Assembly: GCA_963804995.1 (NCBI GenBank)
Contig: CAWDSK010000001.1
Coordinates: 629,784-693,783, forward strand
DNA: 64,000 nt
Direction of reading: 5' to 3'
Source: an uncultured Acidobacteriota bacterium
GTDB lineage: Bacteria; Acidobacteriota; Terriglobia; UBA7540
Shown: positions 60,540 through 64,000 of the stretch, in pieces
Numbering within the stretch: position 1 is the stretch's first letter
Layout of the letters: every line of letters starts with the position of its first letter
Notes under the pieces: generated by a model
Seen by the model: only the letters and a program-made list of their open reading frames with translations
Told to the model about the DNA's origin: nothing
Databases searched by the model: none
Program-made: the position numbers and the translations under genes

Positions 60540-62745
60540 ATGAAGTACCTCGCAGATCTTTGGGATGAATCTCAGGCTCGCGCCTGGGCGAACGATCAAC
60601 ACGAATTGTTGCGTTACCGCTCGAACCTGCTGGGCGCGGATTTGCGCCTTACGAATTTTGGCGGTGGAAACACTAGCGCGAAGTTTGAGCTGCCTGACCC
60701 CTTCAACGGCAAGTTGGTGTGCGCCCTTGGGGTGAAGGGAAGCGGCGGGGATCTGGGCACGGCGGGGAAGCAAGGGTTTGCGCTTCTGCGCCTGGACCGC
60801 TTCGACGATCTTCGCGCCCTCTATCGCGGCCGCGACCACGAAGACGAGATGGTGGGCTATTACCCGCTCGCCGCGTTCGGCCTCGGCCAGGTGGCCCCTT
60901 CGATTGACACGCCCTTGCACGCCCTCCTGCCTTTCGAGCACGTGGACCACCTGCATCCCGACTGGGGAATCGCACTGGCCGCGTCTGCCAACGGTAAACA
61001 GAAGATGGCGGAATTTAACCGTCGCTTCCATCACCACCTGGTTTGGTTGCCCTGGCAGCGGCCGGGCTTCGATCTGGGCCTGCGCCTGCGTGAGGCCGTG
61101 GATATGAACCCAGGCTGCGATGGCATCATCCTGGGTGGGCATGGGGTTTTCACCTGGGGGAACACCTCGCGCGAATGCTACCTGAACAGCCTGACGATCA
61201 TCGATGAGCTGGGCCAGTTTGTTCTTGAGCATCAGCAGCGGCGTGGTGATGGGATTTTCGGCGGCCCGCGTTACAACCAACGACCCGACGCGGAGGCTCT
61301 GGCCGCAGAGATTTTACCTTTCCTGCGCGGCAAGCTCTCCACCACCCGACGCACCATCGCTCATTACAACAGTTCGGAAGAAGTACAGCAGTTTGTTAAC
61401 GCGCGGGACGCGGAACCCCTGGCACATCTGGGCACGAGTTGCCCTGACCACTTTGTGCGTACCCGCATCCATCCGCTCTACATTGATTGGAATCCCGAAA
61501 GCGATGATGCCGCGAAGCTTAAGGAGCGCCTTGCCGAGGGCGCCGAGAAATACCGTCATGAATATCTCGCTTACTACCAACGCTTCGCGAAACCCGATTC
61601 ACCCCCCTTGCGTGATGCGAATCCCAGCGTGGTGCTGGTGCCGGGCGTGGGCATGTTCACGTTCGGCAAAAGCAAAACCGAGGCGCGCATTACCGGGGAG
61701 TTCTACGTGAACGCCATTCACGTAATGGCCGGCGCGACCGCTCTGGGCGAAGGCGCGAAGCCTCCCACGCCGTTGCCGCAAGCCCCACGCCCGGAGGATT
61801 CCTTGCAATATGCGAGTTACGATAACTACGTGGCGTTGCCGCTGTCAGAAGCCTTCCGCATCGAGTATTGGATACTCGAGGAGGCCAAGCTTCGCCGTCA
61901 GCCACCCGAAAAAGAGTTCAGCCGCAAGATATTTCTGGTCGCAGGCGGAGGCAGCGGCATCGGGCGATCTACGGTTCGGCGCCTGGCTGAAGGTGGCGCG
62001 CACGTCATGGTGGCTGACCGCGACCGGCAGGCAGCAGAGGAATCTGCAGGGCAGGCAGCATCAAGTGGAGCGAATGAAGCCGTGGCCGCTTGCGAATTGG
62101 ATTTGGCCGACCGCGCGAGCGTGGCCGCCGCTCTGCGCGAAACCGTGTTGCGCTTCGGTGGCTTGGATGGCATGGTGAACACCGCCGCCATTTTCATTCC
62201 TCCTGACTCGGAGGGTCGCCTGCCCGATCAATACTGGCGGCAGACGTTCGAACGTCAATGTGGCCGGCAACTACCTGCTGGTGGATGAGGCTCGCCGCAT
62301 TCTGCTGGAGCAGGCGCTGCCGGCGGCCATCGTGCTGACCAGTTCCGCGAACGCCGTGGTGCCCAAGTGGGGGACCGAAGCCTATGACATCAGCAAGAGC
62401 GCGGTCAGCCACCTGGTGCGTGAATTGGCCGTGGGCCTGGCGCCGCTGGTGCGAGTAAACGGGATTTCTCCGGCCACGGTGGTGGAAGGTTCCAGCATGT
62501 TTCCCCGCGAGCGCGTCATCATGGGCTTGACCAAATATGAGATCCCTTTCCGCGAAGACGAATCCACGGAGGAATTGCGCAGCAAGCTGGCCCAGTTCTA
62601 CGCGGATCGTACCTTGACCAAGCAAAGTGTGAGCCCTCAAGATTGCGCGGAGGCTATCTGCTGGCTTCTCGGTGACCGCGCCGCGAAAACCACGGGTCAT
62701 CTTCTTCCCGTGGATGGGGGTCTGGTGGAAGCTTTTCTGCGCTGA
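60540..62745 (+). CDS. Bifunctional rhamnulose-1-phosphate aldolase / short-chain dehydrogenase, 1-bp frameshift near 62252
   Basis: NFGGGNTSAK, KGSGGD, PSIDTPLH, HVDHLHPD, GTSCPDHF, GGGSGIG, Y..SK. Removing one base restores FDVNVAGNY. Confidence 0.88.
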
Positions 62746-62746
62746 C

Positions 62747-62889
62747 CGGAAGTGCTGCACCTCGTGCGTGACAATCACTGGAAATTCCCCGCCAACATCG
62801 AATACGAATACGGCAAGGAGATTCCCGGCCTCGACACGATTGCGGAGGTCAAGAAGTGCTACGAGTACTGCAAGCAGGCACTGAAGCTT
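62747..62889 (+). pseudogene. C-terminal scrap of a sugar-phosphate-isomerase-like gene
   Basis: [21 protein letters not shown]...[17 protein letters not shown] resembles the ends of xylose-isomerase-like barrels; no start. Confidence 0.45.
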
Positions 62890-63897
62890 TCACTGCAACT
62901 GTATCCGGACGGGATTGGCAAACGGTTCCGACGGGTAGGCCGCCCATTTCTTAGTCGCGCCCAAATAGACCGCGACAACGAACTGCACGAACTTGCCGTC
63001 GCGACTCAACTCTGACTTAGGAATCGTCCAAATGTAGCGGGTCGATTCGCCCTCGGTTTTCACTTCCAGAGCTCCCCGGCTGTGAAAGGTCCCACACATA
63101 GTGGTCATGCCGGGCCCCAACAGAAATTGCGTGCAAGCCCGCTCATCGCTAGTCAGCCCGTAGGCCGTGTCGCCGTGATCGATTCGTCCGTTTCCGTTCA
63201 CGTCGACGTACAGTACGGGAGAATCACCAGTGTGGACTTCGAAAGTAAGTTTGGCGCTTTCACCTGAGCTTTCGTAAAACAGTGAGACTCCTGCGCCAGC
63301 CAGCAGGGGCTTGGGCGCCGGGGGCGCGGCAGGGGGTTTGACAAGGGGCGTCAGGTTTGGAGTGTAGGTACGGGTTTCTCCCGCGGCGAATTCCAGAGTT
63401 TCCACCTTATCCTTATAACCTTCGACAGACAGACGCAGAACATGCTTCTCCGGCGATAGTGCTGGGATTTTCAGGCGTCCGTCGCGACTCACCTGCCCTT
63501 TGAATTCATCATCGATATAAATCTCTGCGCCCTTGGGAGCGCCTTCTATCAGGAGCAGGGCCTGGTCAGGTGCAGTGGGAACCTCGGCGCGTGGTGGGGG
63601 CTCTGTCTTGGGAGGATGAGGAGCCAGTTCGCGCAGGGTCTGGAGCAACTCCGGCGTCGCTCCGGCCTCATGCAGTTCCTTTTCAGTTTCCGGCGTGACT
63701 TGAAAGTCGATGCCGCGCTTCCGCACGATCTCACGGAGTTGGTCCGGCGGCACCGCAGCCTGAAGCAGATTCACGACCTCGGTTTTCGAAAGGGGCTTTG
63801 AGGGCGTCTGCGCCCAAGGTCCACGCCCGGCCGGCAGGCACAGAAGGCACACCAAAAGCAGAAGGTGGAACTTGAAAATGCGCCTAGGCGCGGGCAA
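62890..63897 (-). CDS. Secreted protein: helical N-domain + PEGA domain + unknown C-domain
   Basis: Signal peptide; [40 protein letters not shown]. Confidence 0.7.
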   Translation of the reverse strand: MPAPRRIFKFHLLLLVCLLCLPAGRGPWAQTPSKPLSKTEVVNLLQAAVPPDQLREIVRKRGIDFQVTPETEKELHEAGATPELLQTLRELAPHPPKTEPPPRAEVPTAPDQALLLIEGAPKGAEIYIDDEFKGQVSRDGRLKIPALSPEKHVLRLSVEGYKDKVETLEFAAGETRTYTPNLTPLVKPPAAPPAPKPLLAGAGVSLFYESSGESAKLTFEVHTGDSPVLYVDVNGNGRIDHGDTAYGLTSDERACTQFLLGPGMTTMCGTFHSRGALEVKTEGESTRYIWTIPKSELSRDGKFVQFVVAVYLGATKKWAAYPSEPFANPVRIQLQ

Positions 63898-64000
63898 TCT
63901 TCACCTCATCCGTTTCTTCTCGAGTACGCACGCGCTCACGCGGCGCGCAGGGACTTCGCGCAGTTGGGGCAAGAGTCCTCACCCACTGCTACAGGCCTGC

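Overview
GC-rich bacterial chromosomal window. The gene repertoire suggests Acidobacteriota (inference only). The right half is mostly housekeeping and accessory metabolism: MTHFR-like gene, priA, HU, dcd, two sigma54 response regulators with a kinase, a decaheme cytochrome/porin pair, a CusCBA-type efflux operon and rhamnose catabolism. The left half has glgP, a RecQ-PRTase/DprA pair, a MOT1-type molybdate transporter, a tetraether-synthase (Tes)-like radical SAM gene and several IS elements or MITEs. The most striking structure is at 23583-31070: seven related GTAG-type REP hairpin elements, six carrying remnants of a REP-associated tyrosine transposase (RAYT), alternate with 0.65-1.7 kb cargo blocks. 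The cargo comprises three toxin-antitoxin pairs, an Ntn-protease-like gene, membrane or secreted proteins and a truncated MmeI-type gene. Several cargo stop codons touch or overlap the element ends, so the region resembles an integrase-free gene-cassette array. A second pattern is palindromic repeats nested inside short IS-end shells, two or three of which have target duplications. Several conserved genes carry single-base frameshifts that look like sequencing errors. All calls come from reading the sequence; no database searches were run.
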